From: Eubacteriales bacterium
GTDB lineage: Bacteria; Bacillota; Clostridia; Oscillospirales; CAG-272
Direction: 5' to 3'
Length of the DNA: 24,432 nucleotides
Assembly: GCA_045535925.1 (NCBI GenBank)
Contig: JAZSMN010000202.1
Location: 1 to 24,432, forward strand
Shown: positions 8,834 through 17,949 of the stretch, piece after piece
Layout: every line of letters starts with the position of its first letter
How positions within the stretch are numbered: position 1 is the stretch's first letter
The notes under the pieces: generated by a model
The model's database searches: none
What the model saw: only the letters and a program-made list of their open reading frames with translations
What the model was told of the DNA's origin: nothing
Made by a program: the position numbers and the translations under genes

Positions 8834-9292
8834 ATGACTACGATAACTAACCCTTATGCCGCTCTATATACAAACCTTAAAAATAGTTACACCGTTATTC
8901 ACGATGGTGCAGAGTGCACTATCGCGGATTACCTTCTTGCAAAAGCAGGCAGAAGAAAAGCCAATTCTTCTCTCCCTGCCACCAAGCCCACCTATGAGCG
9001 CAGTGTAATAACCTCGCTTGTTGACTATGTATCCGACAAGCTTACCCTCAAGGATTGCCCCAAAAAGGATAGCACGATAAAGAGCTTCCCTCTTCGCACC
9101 TCTTTCTCTGCCCTTCTGTCCTCGGTGGCAGCCTGCGCACTCGTTTTGTCCTGTGGAATATTTGCCCTTCTTGGCAATAATATAAGCACCCCTGTTTTAT
9201 CAAACAATGAGGAGTCATCCTATGTTTCTACCGAGAGCACACTCGAGGCAGAAGAATACGAGGATATAATCACAGAAACTAACAATAACTAA
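8834..9292 (+). CDS. Bitopic membrane protein of unknown function in the ftsL position
   Basis: AGGAG RBS. One hydrophobic segment (FSALLSSVAACALVLSCGIFALLG) followed by a short acidic tail. Located right after rsmH but not recognisably FtsL. Confidence 0.8.
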   Translation: MTTITNPYAALYTNLKNSYTVIHDGAECTIADYLLAKAGRRKANSSLPATKPTYERSVITSLVDYVSDKLTLKDCPKKDSTIKSFPLRTSFSALLSSVAACALVLSCGIFALLGNNISTPVLSNNEESSYVSTESTLEAEEYEDIITETNNN

Positions 9293-9299
9293 ATTTTAT

Positions 9300-9337
9300 A
9301 AAGTTCGTGCTATCTTTTGCACGGACTTTTATTATTT
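9300..9337 (+). terminator. Intrinsic terminator after the mraZ-rsmH-orf152 unit
   Basis: AAAGTTCGTGC (9300-9310) / GCACGGACTTT (9319-9329) stem with one G-U pair, followed by TATTATTT. Confidence 0.7.
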
Positions 9338-9444
9338 GCATATCATTTTATAATGGTGTAAAATCTTTTTTATATTGATATAATAAGAAAACAAGCTGCA
9401 TACAATATAGCGATAACCATCTTTGGTTATCGCTATATTTTTTA
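9336..9444 (+). promoter_or_regulatory. Composite control region upstream of the PBP gene: sigmaA-like promoter, sigmaE-like promoter and a 16-bp perfect hairpin with T-tract
   Basis: TTGCAT, 17 nt, TAAAAT (9336-9364). ATAAT (9380-9384), 14 nt, CATACAAT (9399-9406). AATATAGCGATAACCA-TCTT-TGGTTATCGCTATATT (9404-9439) followed by T residues. Confidence 0.55.
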
Positions 9445-9458
9445 TTTAGGGAAAAATT

Positions 9459-11714
9459 ATGTTTAAAAGCAACCTCACAAACACCAAAAACAAGACCACA
9501 AAGAGAGCGATGTATGTCCTAATTGCCTTTTTGCTCTTTGCCTCATTTCTACTTGTCAATATATTCAGGCTTGATGTACTGCTGTACGAGCATTTTCGCG
9601 ACAAGGCCTTTGACCAAATCACAACAACCTCCTCTATAAAAGCCGAGCGAGGAAATATCTACGATAGATATATGAATATTCTCTCGACTAACAAGACCTG
9701 TTGGCGCGTATTTATCTCCCCCAAGGCACTAAAAGAACGAGTCGCAACCGATGGAGACACTATAATAGACAACCTTGCCGAGGGGCTGTCGAGCATCTTT
9801 AATCTGGATAGAAAAGAGCTTGTTGAAAAGATATCGAGTGCAAACACACTTGATTTAACTATAAAGCGAGATATCAACGAGGAAGAATACGAGCAGGTGC
9901 TATCGCTTATAAGCGAAAAGTCGCTTGATGGAATACTATTCACCGAGGCGCAGAGCGAAAGAGTATATCCAGAAGGGACACTTGCGGCGCACGTGCTTGG
10001 TTTTACAGGAAGTGACAATCAGGGGCTATACGGTCTTGAATACTCGTATAACGACATTTTGTCGGGTACAGACGGCTATTATCTGTACGCAAAGGACGCG
10101 GGCGGCAATGCTCTGCCCGGCGAGTATGCCGACTATGTGGAGCCAGTCGACGGAAACAGTATAATCACAACCATCGACACATACATACAAACCGAGCTTG
10201 AAAGCATCATCGAGTTAATTAGAGAAAAGCACAGTGTGACAAACAGAGTAACCGGGATAGTTATGGATAGCAGCACCGGTGCGATTTTGGGTATGGCAAC
10301 CTCCTCCCCTTTTGACCCAAACGACCCATTTACCCTCGATGATGTTTCTATGTCGATGTTGTTGGCATCCGGATATGAGGAAAACAGCGAAGAATATGCC
10401 GCATTTAAGCGCCAGCTTATGGAAATTATGTGGTCAAACAAGGCGGTAAGCGAAATATATGAGCCTGGCTCAACCTTTAAGATTGTAACCGTATCAAGCG
10501 CAATTGACAGCGGAGCAGCCGATATGAGCGACACCTTCTCTTGCTCTGGCTATTTATCGGTCGGTGGCTGGCGAATAAAATGCCATAAGAGGCAGGGACA
10601 CGGCTCGGGCTTTGACCTGGCATACGGCTTGCAAAACTCCTGCAACCCCACTATGATGACTATCGCCGAGCGCATGGGTAGCGACGTCTTCTATGAATAC
10701 ATAAAGACCTTTGGCTATCTTGAAAAGACAGGAATAGACCTGCCAAGCGAAGCGAGCGGAATATTCCACAAGCCCGAAAATATAGGTAGCACTGAGCTTG
10801 CTACCATATCCTTTGGTCAGAGATTTAAGGTTTCGATAATAGCACAGCTAACCGCGGTGGCGGCGGTAGCAAATGGCGGCCTCTTGGTAGAGCCATACCT
10901 GGTAGAGCGAATTGTCGACGCGGAGGGCAACATTGTACAAGAGCACGAAACCGTAGTTAAAAGAAGGGTTATTAGTGAGCAAACCGCAAAAGAGGTTTCC
11001 ATTGCCCTCGAAGAAGGTGTAAGCGGTGATGGTGGTGCTAAAAACGCCTATGTTTTCGGATATGAGGTTGCCGCAAAAACAGGAACGAGTGAAAAGTTTG
11101 ATATTCTTGACGAAAACGGAAACTCCTATCTTCGTATAGCCTCTACGGTTGCCTATGCTCCTATAAACGATAGCGGAATTGTTGCTATTATCGTAGTCGA
11201 CGAGCCGCAAAGCCAGGTAAAGTACGGCTCGACTGTTGCCGCACCATATATTTCTATGCTTTTTGAGAACATTCTTCCCTATCTCGACTATCCAGCGAAG
11301 GAAGAAAAGCCTGTAACAACTCTTAAAAGCTATGTTGGTATGAATATTAATGCCGCTACAAAGGAATTAAAAGCCCTTGGAATTAAATATATAGTAGTTG
11401 GAAATGGTCAGGTAGTCCTTGAACAAACACCGAATGCAAATATTGATATATACCCACTTACCTCTGTGGTTTACCTCTATACCTCGGGGGAAGATAAACC
11501 AAAGGCTATTGTGCCACAGATGACAGGCAAGACACTCTCCGAGGCTATGAGTCTGGCAAAAGAAAGCGGGATATCGCTGGAAATAGACGGAGTTTTTGAC
11601 CTAAATTATAGCGATAGACTAATTATAGTATCTCAATCAAGGGCGGCAAACGAGATAGTATCCTGTGGAGAGGTAATACGAGTATGTGCCCAAATTGTTT
11701 TTCACGAGGATTAA
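9459..11714 (+). CDS. spoVD: Class B penicillin-binding protein (SpoVD/FtsI family) with C-terminal PASTA domains
   Basis: N-terminal TM helix, AERGNIYDR, RVYPEGTLAAHVLGF, GLYGLE, catalytic EPGSTFK (SxxK), SCN (SxN), KTGT, two PASTA-like repeats. The choice of spoVD over ftsI is an inference from context. Confidence 0.9.
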   Translation: MFKSNLTNTKNKTTKRAMYVLIAFLLFASFLLVNIFRLDVLLYEHFRDKAFDQITTTSSIKAERGNIYDRYMNILSTNKTCWRVFISPKALKERVATDGDTIIDNLAEGLSSIFNLDRKELVEKISSANTLDLTIKRDINEEEYEQVLSLISEKSLDGILFTEAQSERVYPEGTLAAHVLGFTGSDNQGLYGLEYSYNDILSGTDGYYLYAKDAGGNALPGEYADYVEPVDGNSIITTIDTYIQTELESIIELIREKHSVTNRVTGIVMDSSTGAILGMATSSPFDPNDPFTLDDVSMSMLLASGYEENSEEYAAFKRQLMEIMWSNKAVSEIYEPGSTFKIVTVSSAIDSGAADMSDTFSCSGYLSVGGWRIKCHKRQGHGSGFDLAYGLQNSCNPTMMTIAERMGSDVFYEYIKTFGYLEKTGIDLPSEASGIFHKPENIGSTELATISFGQRFKVSIIAQLTAVAAVANGGLLVEPYLVERIVDAEGNIVQEHETVVKRRVISEQTAKEVSIALEEGVSGDGGAKNAYVFGYEVAAKTGTSEKFDILDENGNSYLRIASTVAYAPINDSGIVAIIVVDEPQSQVKYGSTVAAPYISMLFENILPYLDYPAKEEKPVTTLKSYVGMNINAATKELKALGIKYIVVGNGQVVLEQTPNANIDIYPLTSVVYLYTSGEDKPKAIVPQMTGKTLSEAMSLAKESGISLEIDGVFDLNYSDRLIIVSQSRAANEIVSCGEVIRVCAQIVFHED

Positions 11715-11723
11715 GGAGTTTTT

Positions 11724-13190
11724 ATGTATATAGACTTAAATGAATTAAAAGATAAAACAAAATTAGTAATTCCATTGACACTTGACCTGAACAAGCCTCT
11801 AAAGATTTGCGAGGTGGGAGAAGGCACGGATAGTGATAGCCTTTTGTTTATCACACCACTTTCGGGCGGTGAAAAAAGAGAGGTTAAGGTAACCTCTCCC
11901 CCGTATGCCATAATTACAGATTTTGCCGATGAGAGGACATTTGGCGATATTCCAGTAATAAAAACCGAGAGTACAAGAGAATGCCTATCTATTGCTTACA
12001 GCCTTAGTTACAAAATCGAGTATAACACAATAAAAATCATAGGTGTAACAGGCACAAGTGGAAAAAGCACCACGGCAGAAATGATTTTTGGGGTATTATC
12101 ATATAACAATCTAAGGGTTGGTCTAATTGGAACAGGAATAATTAAAACCAACGAGCGAATTTATACAGACAGATATTATTCTATGACTACCCCAGACCCA
12201 AAGGATTTGTATAGGTACATAAGTCAAATGCAAAAGGAGGGCTGCCAATACATTGTTATGGAGGTGTCGAGCCACTCGATAGCCCTCGGCAAGGTGTCGC
12301 CCATCCCCTTTGAGGTTGGAATATTTACAAACCTATCCGAGGAGCACCGTGATTTCCATAAGGATATGAAAGAATATCAAATGGTAAAAGCGAGGCTGTT
12401 TAATATGGCGAAATACGGAATATTCAATATAGATGACGAGTGGGTAAAGGAGGTATATGAAAAGGCTGAATGCGATAAATGTGGTGTTGGAATAATGTGG
12501 CATGGCGATGTCTATGCCACCGATATTTGCCAAAGGGGGCTTAAAGGTAGCTCGTTTTATTACCGAGAAGATGGACTCATTTTTGGTGTTGACCTCAAGC
12601 TCCCCGGTGCATTTAATATTTACAATTCGCTCTTTGCAATTAAATGCTGCATACACCTCGGTATAAAACCCACACTTGTAAAACAGGCAATAAACTTTAT
12701 TGACGGTGTAAAGGGGCGCATGGAATGCATCTATGACGAGCTGACAGTGGTTATAGACTATGCCCATACACCTTTAGCGCTTCAAAGCCTGCTAAAAGCA
12801 CTAAATTCCAGCAAAAATGCAAGGCAGAAGATAACAACCGTGTTTGGTTGTGGTGGTGAAAGAGATAAAGAAAAGCGGCCGCAAATGGGTAAAATCGCCC
12901 GAGAACTATCCGACAATGTGATAATAACCGAGGACAATAATAGAGGCGAAAGCTTTGATGAAATAGCAGGACAAATCCTATGTGGCATCGAAGAGCGCGA
13001 CTCTGTAAGTGTGATAACCGATAGAGCCCTAGCAATTAGATATGCTATTATGAGTGCAGAAAAAAACGATATTATCGCGGTAGTTGGCAAAGGACACGAG
13101 GAGTATATTATCGATGGCAGTGGCATTCACCCCTTTGACGAGCGAGGGGTTATAACCGAGGCACTAAGGGATAGAAAAAATGCGAATTAA
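11724..13190 (+). CDS. murE: UDP-MurNAc-dipeptide:diamino acid ligase MurE (divergent)
   Basis: GVTGTSGKSTT P-loop, MEVSSH, FTNLSEEHRDFH, DYAHTP, FGCGGERD..KRPQMG, GKGHE. Confidence 0.93.
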   Translation: MYIDLNELKDKTKLVIPLTLDLNKPLKICEVGEGTDSDSLLFITPLSGGEKREVKVTSPPYAIITDFADERTFGDIPVIKTESTRECLSIAYSLSYKIEYNTIKIIGVTGTSGKSTTAEMIFGVLSYNNLRVGLIGTGIIKTNERIYTDRYYSMTTPDPKDLYRYISQMQKEGCQYIVMEVSSHSIALGKVSPIPFEVGIFTNLSEEHRDFHKDMKEYQMVKARLFNMAKYGIFNIDDEWVKEVYEKAECDKCGVGIMWHGDVYATDICQRGLKGSSFYYREDGLIFGVDLKLPGAFNIYNSLFAIKCCIHLGIKPTLVKQAINFIDGVKGRMECIYDELTVVIDYAHTPLALQSLLKALNSSKNARQKITTVFGCGGERDKEKRPQMGKIARELSDNVIITEDNNRGESFDEIAGQILCGIEERDSVSVITDRALAIRYAIMSAEKNDIIAVVGKGHEEYIIDGSGIHPFDERGVITEALRDRKNAN

Positions 13191-14541
13191 ACTTACGAAT
13201 AGATACACTCTTGCCCAAATTCTTTTTGCCATAGGTGGTAAGGGGCGAAATATAGATAATAGAATTATCGAATACATTTCTACCGATACAAGAGAGCTAT
13301 ACCCCGGGGACCTGTTTTTCCCGCTATGCGGAAAAAATTATAACGGCGAGGATTTTGTAGAGGAGGCAAAAAGCCGGGGAGCAATAGCGCTCTCGCAAAA
13401 AGACGGCAGCCAGATACAAGTAGATAACGGACTTGATGCGCTCATGCGCCTTGCTATATTTCACCTATCAAAATGTAGTGCTCTTCGGCATAGAATTGCC
13501 ATCACCGGAAGTGTGGGGAAAACCTCAGTAAAAGAATTTACCAAATTTATACTCTCTTCAAGCATAAAAACCCACGCAACAAAGCACAATTATAACAACA
13601 GCCTTGGCCTTTGCCATACCCTGCTTACAGCACCCACCGATAGCGAGGCTCTGGTGGTGGAAATGGGAATGAATGCCCCGGGGGAAATAAGCGATATGTC
13701 TAAAATGCTCTCACCAAGCATAGGTGTGATAACAAACATCGGCTTCTCACATATTGGTATGCTTGGCTCAAGGGAGCAAATCGCCCTTGCAAAATCCGAG
13801 ATATGTGACGGAATTACAAACGGTGTGGTGCTTTGTCCCCATAATGAGCCGCTATTATCTTGTGTTAGAGGCAAAAAGACTCTCTCGGCATTTGATGAAA
13901 CCGCCGACTTTTATTTTAGAGAACACTCGGGTGGTGTAACACTTTACCTCCCCGGAGGAAGAATTGAAGACATAAATATTCCAGCATCATTGGCGCATAT
14001 TAAGGAATCTGTCTATTTCGCTATTGCAATTGGATGTTTATGCTCTTTAAAAGAAAACAAAATTCGCGAGGCTGTATGTTGGCTATCGCCTGTTTCTTCC
14101 CGCGGCAGTTTTGTAAGCTATGGTGGTTTTAAGTTTTATGATGACAGCTATAATTCCTCGCCGGAATCGGTGATATCCGACCTGAAAATGCTCGTTTCGT
14201 CGTGCCACGGAAATGTATCCGCCCTGCTTGGTGATATACTTGAGCTTGGCGACTACTCGGAACAAATCCACCGCGACCTCGGCAAAAGTATCGCCGCCTT
14301 TCAGCCTTGCCACTTATTTCTCTTTGGAAATTTTGCATATGCTGTAGCCGAGGGGGCTATAAGCGAGGGGTATGACAAAAACAAAATCTTCATAAATCCT
14401 GACCTTTCCGCCCCAGAAAAAACCGCATATGATATCTATAAAAACTGTGGCAGGGATGAAAGCATTTTGATGAAGGCATCGCACTCGGTAGATATAAAGA
14501 GAGTATCGCTTTTGTTGGAGGAAATAAAAAAATATGATTGA
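13180..14541 (+). CDS. murF: UDP-MurNAc-tripeptide:D-Ala-D-Ala ligase MurF
   Basis: STDTREL..GDLF, ITGSVGKT, NNSLG, EMGM, TNIG..H, DDSYNSSPES, LGDILELG. Confidence 0.93.
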   Translation: MRIKLTNRYTLAQILFAIGGKGRNIDNRIIEYISTDTRELYPGDLFFPLCGKNYNGEDFVEEAKSRGAIALSQKDGSQIQVDNGLDALMRLAIFHLSKCSALRHRIAITGSVGKTSVKEFTKFILSSSIKTHATKHNYNNSLGLCHTLLTAPTDSEALVVEMGMNAPGEISDMSKMLSPSIGVITNIGFSHIGMLGSREQIALAKSEICDGITNGVVLCPHNEPLLSCVRGKKTLSAFDETADFYFREHSGGVTLYLPGGRIEDINIPASLAHIKESVYFAIAIGCLCSLKENKIREAVCWLSPVSSRGSFVSYGGFKFYDDSYNSSPESVISDLKMLVSSCHGNVSALLGDILELGDYSEQIHRDLGKSIAAFQPCHLFLFGNFAYAVAEGAISEGYDKNKIFINPDLSAPEKTAYDIYKNCGRDESILMKASHSVDIKRVSLLLEEIKKYD

Positions 14542-15520
14542 CAAATACTTTCCACTATATGTTTTAACCTTTGCCCTAACATTTTCGATTACCACACTTT
14601 GCGAAAAGATACTTATTCCAATACTAAAGGCAGGAGCAAAACAACCTATATATGAAGGTGGACCCAGGTGGCACCTTTCAAAATCGGGGACACCTACCAT
14701 GGGTGGTCTTGCCTTTCTTATTGGAGTTAGCCTCTCTCTTGTAGTAGCAAGCCTACCCCTGTTTTTTGATATGAAAAGCGAGAGGGTTGCTTCGCTATAC
14801 CTTTGCCTTGGCTTTTCGGTATTAAACTCGCTTATCGGTGTAATTGATGATGTATCCAAACTCAAAAAGCGAGAAAACAAAGGCTTGACGGCTTTACAAA
14901 AAATACTCCTTCAGTCCCTGGTGGGTATATTATTTTTGGTTGGACGGACAATTTTTATAGAGGATGCCACTGTTCTCTACTTTTCCTTTGGCGAGTTTGA
15001 TATAGGGTGGCTATACTATCCTGTTGGTTTATTTTTATTGCTTGGAATTACCAACTGCGCAAACCTTACCGACGGTATTGACGGACTTGCTGGTTCCGTT
15101 GCATTCTCGATAGGGATATCATTGTTTTATATAAGCTCGACTGTTTCGCCAGAGGTTTCGCTTATTGGTAGCTCTATTATCGGCGCGACTTTAGGCTTTT
15201 TGATATTCAATCTACACCCTGCAAAGATTTTTATGGGCGACACGGGCTCTCTATTCCTCGGCTCTTTGGTTGTGTCGAGCATTTTTTCTCTTGGCAATCC
15301 CATCCTCTCAATCACTATTGGTAGTGTTTATGTAATAGAGGGGGTAAGCGTGGTTTTGCAGGTCATAGTTTATAAAATGACAAAAAAGAGGCTATTTAAG
15401 ATGGCACCCTTGCACCACCATTTTGAAAGGTGCGGGTGGAGTGAAAACCGTATTTGTATCGTGGGAATGATAATAACCTTCCTCACGAGCATATCAGCAT
15501 ATATACTCTATTTGCCCTAA
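14534..15520 (+). CDS. mraY: Phospho-N-acetylmuramoyl-pentapeptide transferase
   Basis: KSGTPTMGGL, GVIDD, NLTDGIDGLA, PAKIFMGDTGS, MAPLHHHFE; polytopic membrane protein. Confidence 0.97.
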   Translation: MIDKYFPLYVLTFALTFSITTLCEKILIPILKAGAKQPIYEGGPRWHLSKSGTPTMGGLAFLIGVSLSLVVASLPLFFDMKSERVASLYLCLGFSVLNSLIGVIDDVSKLKKRENKGLTALQKILLQSLVGILFLVGRTIFIEDATVLYFSFGEFDIGWLYYPVGLFLLLGITNCANLTDGIDGLAGSVAFSIGISLFYISSTVSPEVSLIGSSIIGATLGFLIFNLHPAKIFMGDTGSLFLGSLVVSSIFSLGNPILSITIGSVYVIEGVSVVLQVIVYKMTKKRLFKMAPLHHHFERCGWSENRICIVGMIITFLTSISAYILYLP

Positions 15521-16704
15521 TGAGCGGCCGAGTTTTTTCACTTAAGGATATATTAAAGAGAGAGAAAAGCAAAAGACAGTTTTCCCCTGACCTTGTATTT
15601 TTAGTTTTGGTTATAGCGCTTTCGATTTATGGCACTATTATGGTTTTTACATCAGGGTATCCTTTTGCCTCGGTTAGATATGATGATGCGTTTTATTTTG
15701 TAAAGCGTCAGGTTATTTGGCTCTCCCTTGGCTTTGTAATTATGTTCTTTGCGGCAAAAATAACCCCATCGAGGCTTAAAAAATTAACTCCAGCGCTTTA
15801 TGTCTTAACCCTGGTGCTTCTTGTATTAACACTCTTAATCGGAATGGTCGGCAACGGTGCACAACGGTGGATTTCTTTAGGTCCTATAACAATACAGCCC
15901 TCCGAGATAGCCAAGCTAACTATGGTTTTGATGATGGCAAGGTATTTCTCGGATGCGGAAAATATCACTGTAAAAAACAAGCGCTGGCACAGTCTTATAT
16001 ACGGCACACTTATCCCCTTTGCCATTATGCTGTGCCCTATACTTCTCGTTATGCTCCAGCACCACCTGTCCTGTATTATTATCCTCGGTGTTATTGGTGT
16101 AATTTTAATAGTACTGTCAGGTGCGGATTTGAAATATCTTGGCGCTCTTATGTCTTTAGGAGTCGCGGGGGTGAGCTACATAGCACTATTTACCGACTAT
16201 ACCAAGGACAGAATCACCGTCTGGCTCGACCCGGAAAAGTACAAGTTGACGGGTGGGTGGCAAACACTTCAAGGGCTTATGGCAATAGGCTCGGGAGGAT
16301 TTTTCGGCAAGGGTCTTGGACAAGGTGAGCTAAAATATTGCTATGTTGCCGAGCCTGCAAATGATATGATATTTGCTATTTTGTGCGAGGAACTGGGCTT
16401 TGTGGGGGCTTTTGCTGCAGTAATTCTTTTTGCTATGCTTATCTTCCGAGGCTACAAAATAGCACTTAAGCAAAAAAACAGCTTTTCAAGACTCGCCTCG
16501 CTTGGAATTACAACAAAAATAGCCGTGCAAACACTACTCAATATTGCGGTGGTTACCAACACCATACCAAACACGGGCATATCTCTGCCCTTTTTCAGCT
16601 ATGGTGGCTCGTCACTATTAATGTTGTTTTTTGAGATGGGAATAATGCTGTCGATTTCAAAGGGCGAGGAGTATGCAGTAACAAAACAAGGAGGAAGAGG
16701 ATGA
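15520..16704 (+). CDS. ftsW: SEDS peptidoglycan polymerase (FtsW/SpoVE)
   Basis: GAQRWI, IQPSEIAK, AIGSGGFFGKG, EPANDMIF (catalytic Asp present), LPFFSYGGSSL. Start set at ATG 15520, overlapping the mraY stop. Confidence 0.93.
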   Translation: MSGRVFSLKDILKREKSKRQFSPDLVFLVLVIALSIYGTIMVFTSGYPFASVRYDDAFYFVKRQVIWLSLGFVIMFFAAKITPSRLKKLTPALYVLTLVLLVLTLLIGMVGNGAQRWISLGPITIQPSEIAKLTMVLMMARYFSDAENITVKNKRWHSLIYGTLIPFAIMLCPILLVMLQHHLSCIIILGVIGVILIVLSGADLKYLGALMSLGVAGVSYIALFTDYTKDRITVWLDPEKYKLTGGWQTLQGLMAIGSGGFFGKGLGQGELKYCYVAEPANDMIFAILCEELGFVGAFAAVILFAMLIFRGYKIALKQKNSFSRLASLGITTKIAVQTLLNIAVVTNTIPNTGISLPFFSYGGSSLLMLFFEMGIMLSISKGEEYAVTKQGGRG

Positions 16705-17810
16705 AGGCGATAATTTGTGGAGGTGGCACAGGTGGGCACGTATATCCTGCCATAGCAATATCCGAGGTTATAGAATCCGCCTACAAAGATAGCGAGATAA
16801 TTTTTGTCGGGCGCAGTGGTGGAAAAGAAAACACAGCCTACGAAAACACGAAAAAGGAATTGTTCCTTCTTGATGTCTCGGGGATATCACGGTCGCTGTC
16901 GTTAAAAAATCTGTCATCTATCCTAAAGGCTGTAAGAGCAAAGGCATATTCAAAGAAGCTCCTACAGTGGATAAAACCCGATATAGTTATAGGTACAGGC
17001 GGTTATGTATGCTGGCCTATGCTGTCTTCTGCAATAGAACTAAAAATCCCAACGCTTTTACACGAGTCTAATGCCTATCCAGGTATGGTCACAAGAATGC
17101 TCGCCCACAGGTGTACAGGAGTAATGCTAAACTATGAGGCCGCGCTTTCTTATCTACCCAAGGCAAACAACACAATACTAACAGGAACACCGTTAAGGCG
17201 CGGGTTTAAATTATACACGCGCGAGAGCGCGAGGAGGATGCTTGGAATCAAGGATGATGAAATAATGATATTATCCTTTGGAGGTAGCCTCGGCTCGTCC
17301 TCTATTAACGATGCCATAATAGCAATGATGGAAGAGTTTTCAAAGCCAAGAGAAAAGATACGGCACTTCCACGCAAGCGGAAAAAATCATTATGAAGAAA
17401 TAAAGAAAAAGCACCCCTCTCTCGTCAGGGGCGAGGCTGGGTGTAAAATACTACCATTTATAGAGAATATGCCATTATATATGCGCGCCTGCGACCTTGC
17501 TATTACAAGAAGCGGTGCAATTACACTATCCGAGCTTGCCGCATCAGGAGTAGGCGCAATCCTGGTCCCCTCGCCAAACGTGAGCGAAAATCATCAGCTA
17601 AAGAACGCAAAGTCATTGGTAGATATGGGGGCGGCAATAATGATTGAGGAGAGCGCCCTTGATAGTGACAGGCTAATAAAAGAGGTAAAAGAGCTTATAA
17701 ACAACAAGCAGCTCCTATACAGGCTCAAACGAAGAATAGCAAAAACCATCAACAATAACAGCTCCTCTCTCATAGAATCGGCTATCAAAACTGCTATCGA
17801 TACGGTGTAA
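16701..17810 (+). CDS. murG: Undecaprenyl-PP-MurNAc-pentapeptide GlcNAc transferase
   Basis: GGGTGGHVYPA, GTGGYV, HESNAYPG, FGGSLG, TRSGA.TLSEL, HQLKNA. Confidence 0.96.
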   Translation: MKAIICGGGTGGHVYPAIAISEVIESAYKDSEIIFVGRSGGKENTAYENTKKELFLLDVSGISRSLSLKNLSSILKAVRAKAYSKKLLQWIKPDIVIGTGGYVCWPMLSSAIELKIPTLLHESNAYPGMVTRMLAHRCTGVMLNYEAALSYLPKANNTILTGTPLRRGFKLYTRESARRMLGIKDDEIMILSFGGSLGSSSINDAIIAMMEEFSKPREKIRHFHASGKNHYEEIKKKHPSLVRGEAGCKILPFIENMPLYMRACDLAITRSGAITLSELAASGVGAILVPSPNVSENHQLKNAKSLVDMGAAIMIEESALDSDRLIKEVKELINNKQLLYRLKRRIAKTINNNSSSLIESAIKTAIDTV

Positions 17811-17878
17811 ATTCTGCCTCGTTTTATCTTCCATTTTCCAAAATGTGCTTAAAATATCTAAAATATTTTAATATTTTC

Positions 17879-17906
17879 TTGACTTTTGTTGTAAAAATAG
17901 TATAAT
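17879..17906 (+). promoter_or_regulatory. sigmaA-like promoter dedicated to ftsZ
   Basis: TTGACT (17879-17884), 16 nt, TATAAT (17901-17906). Confidence 0.6.
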
Positions 17907-17949
17907 TAATATATAAATATTTTATAAATTGACCGGAGGATTTGACATA

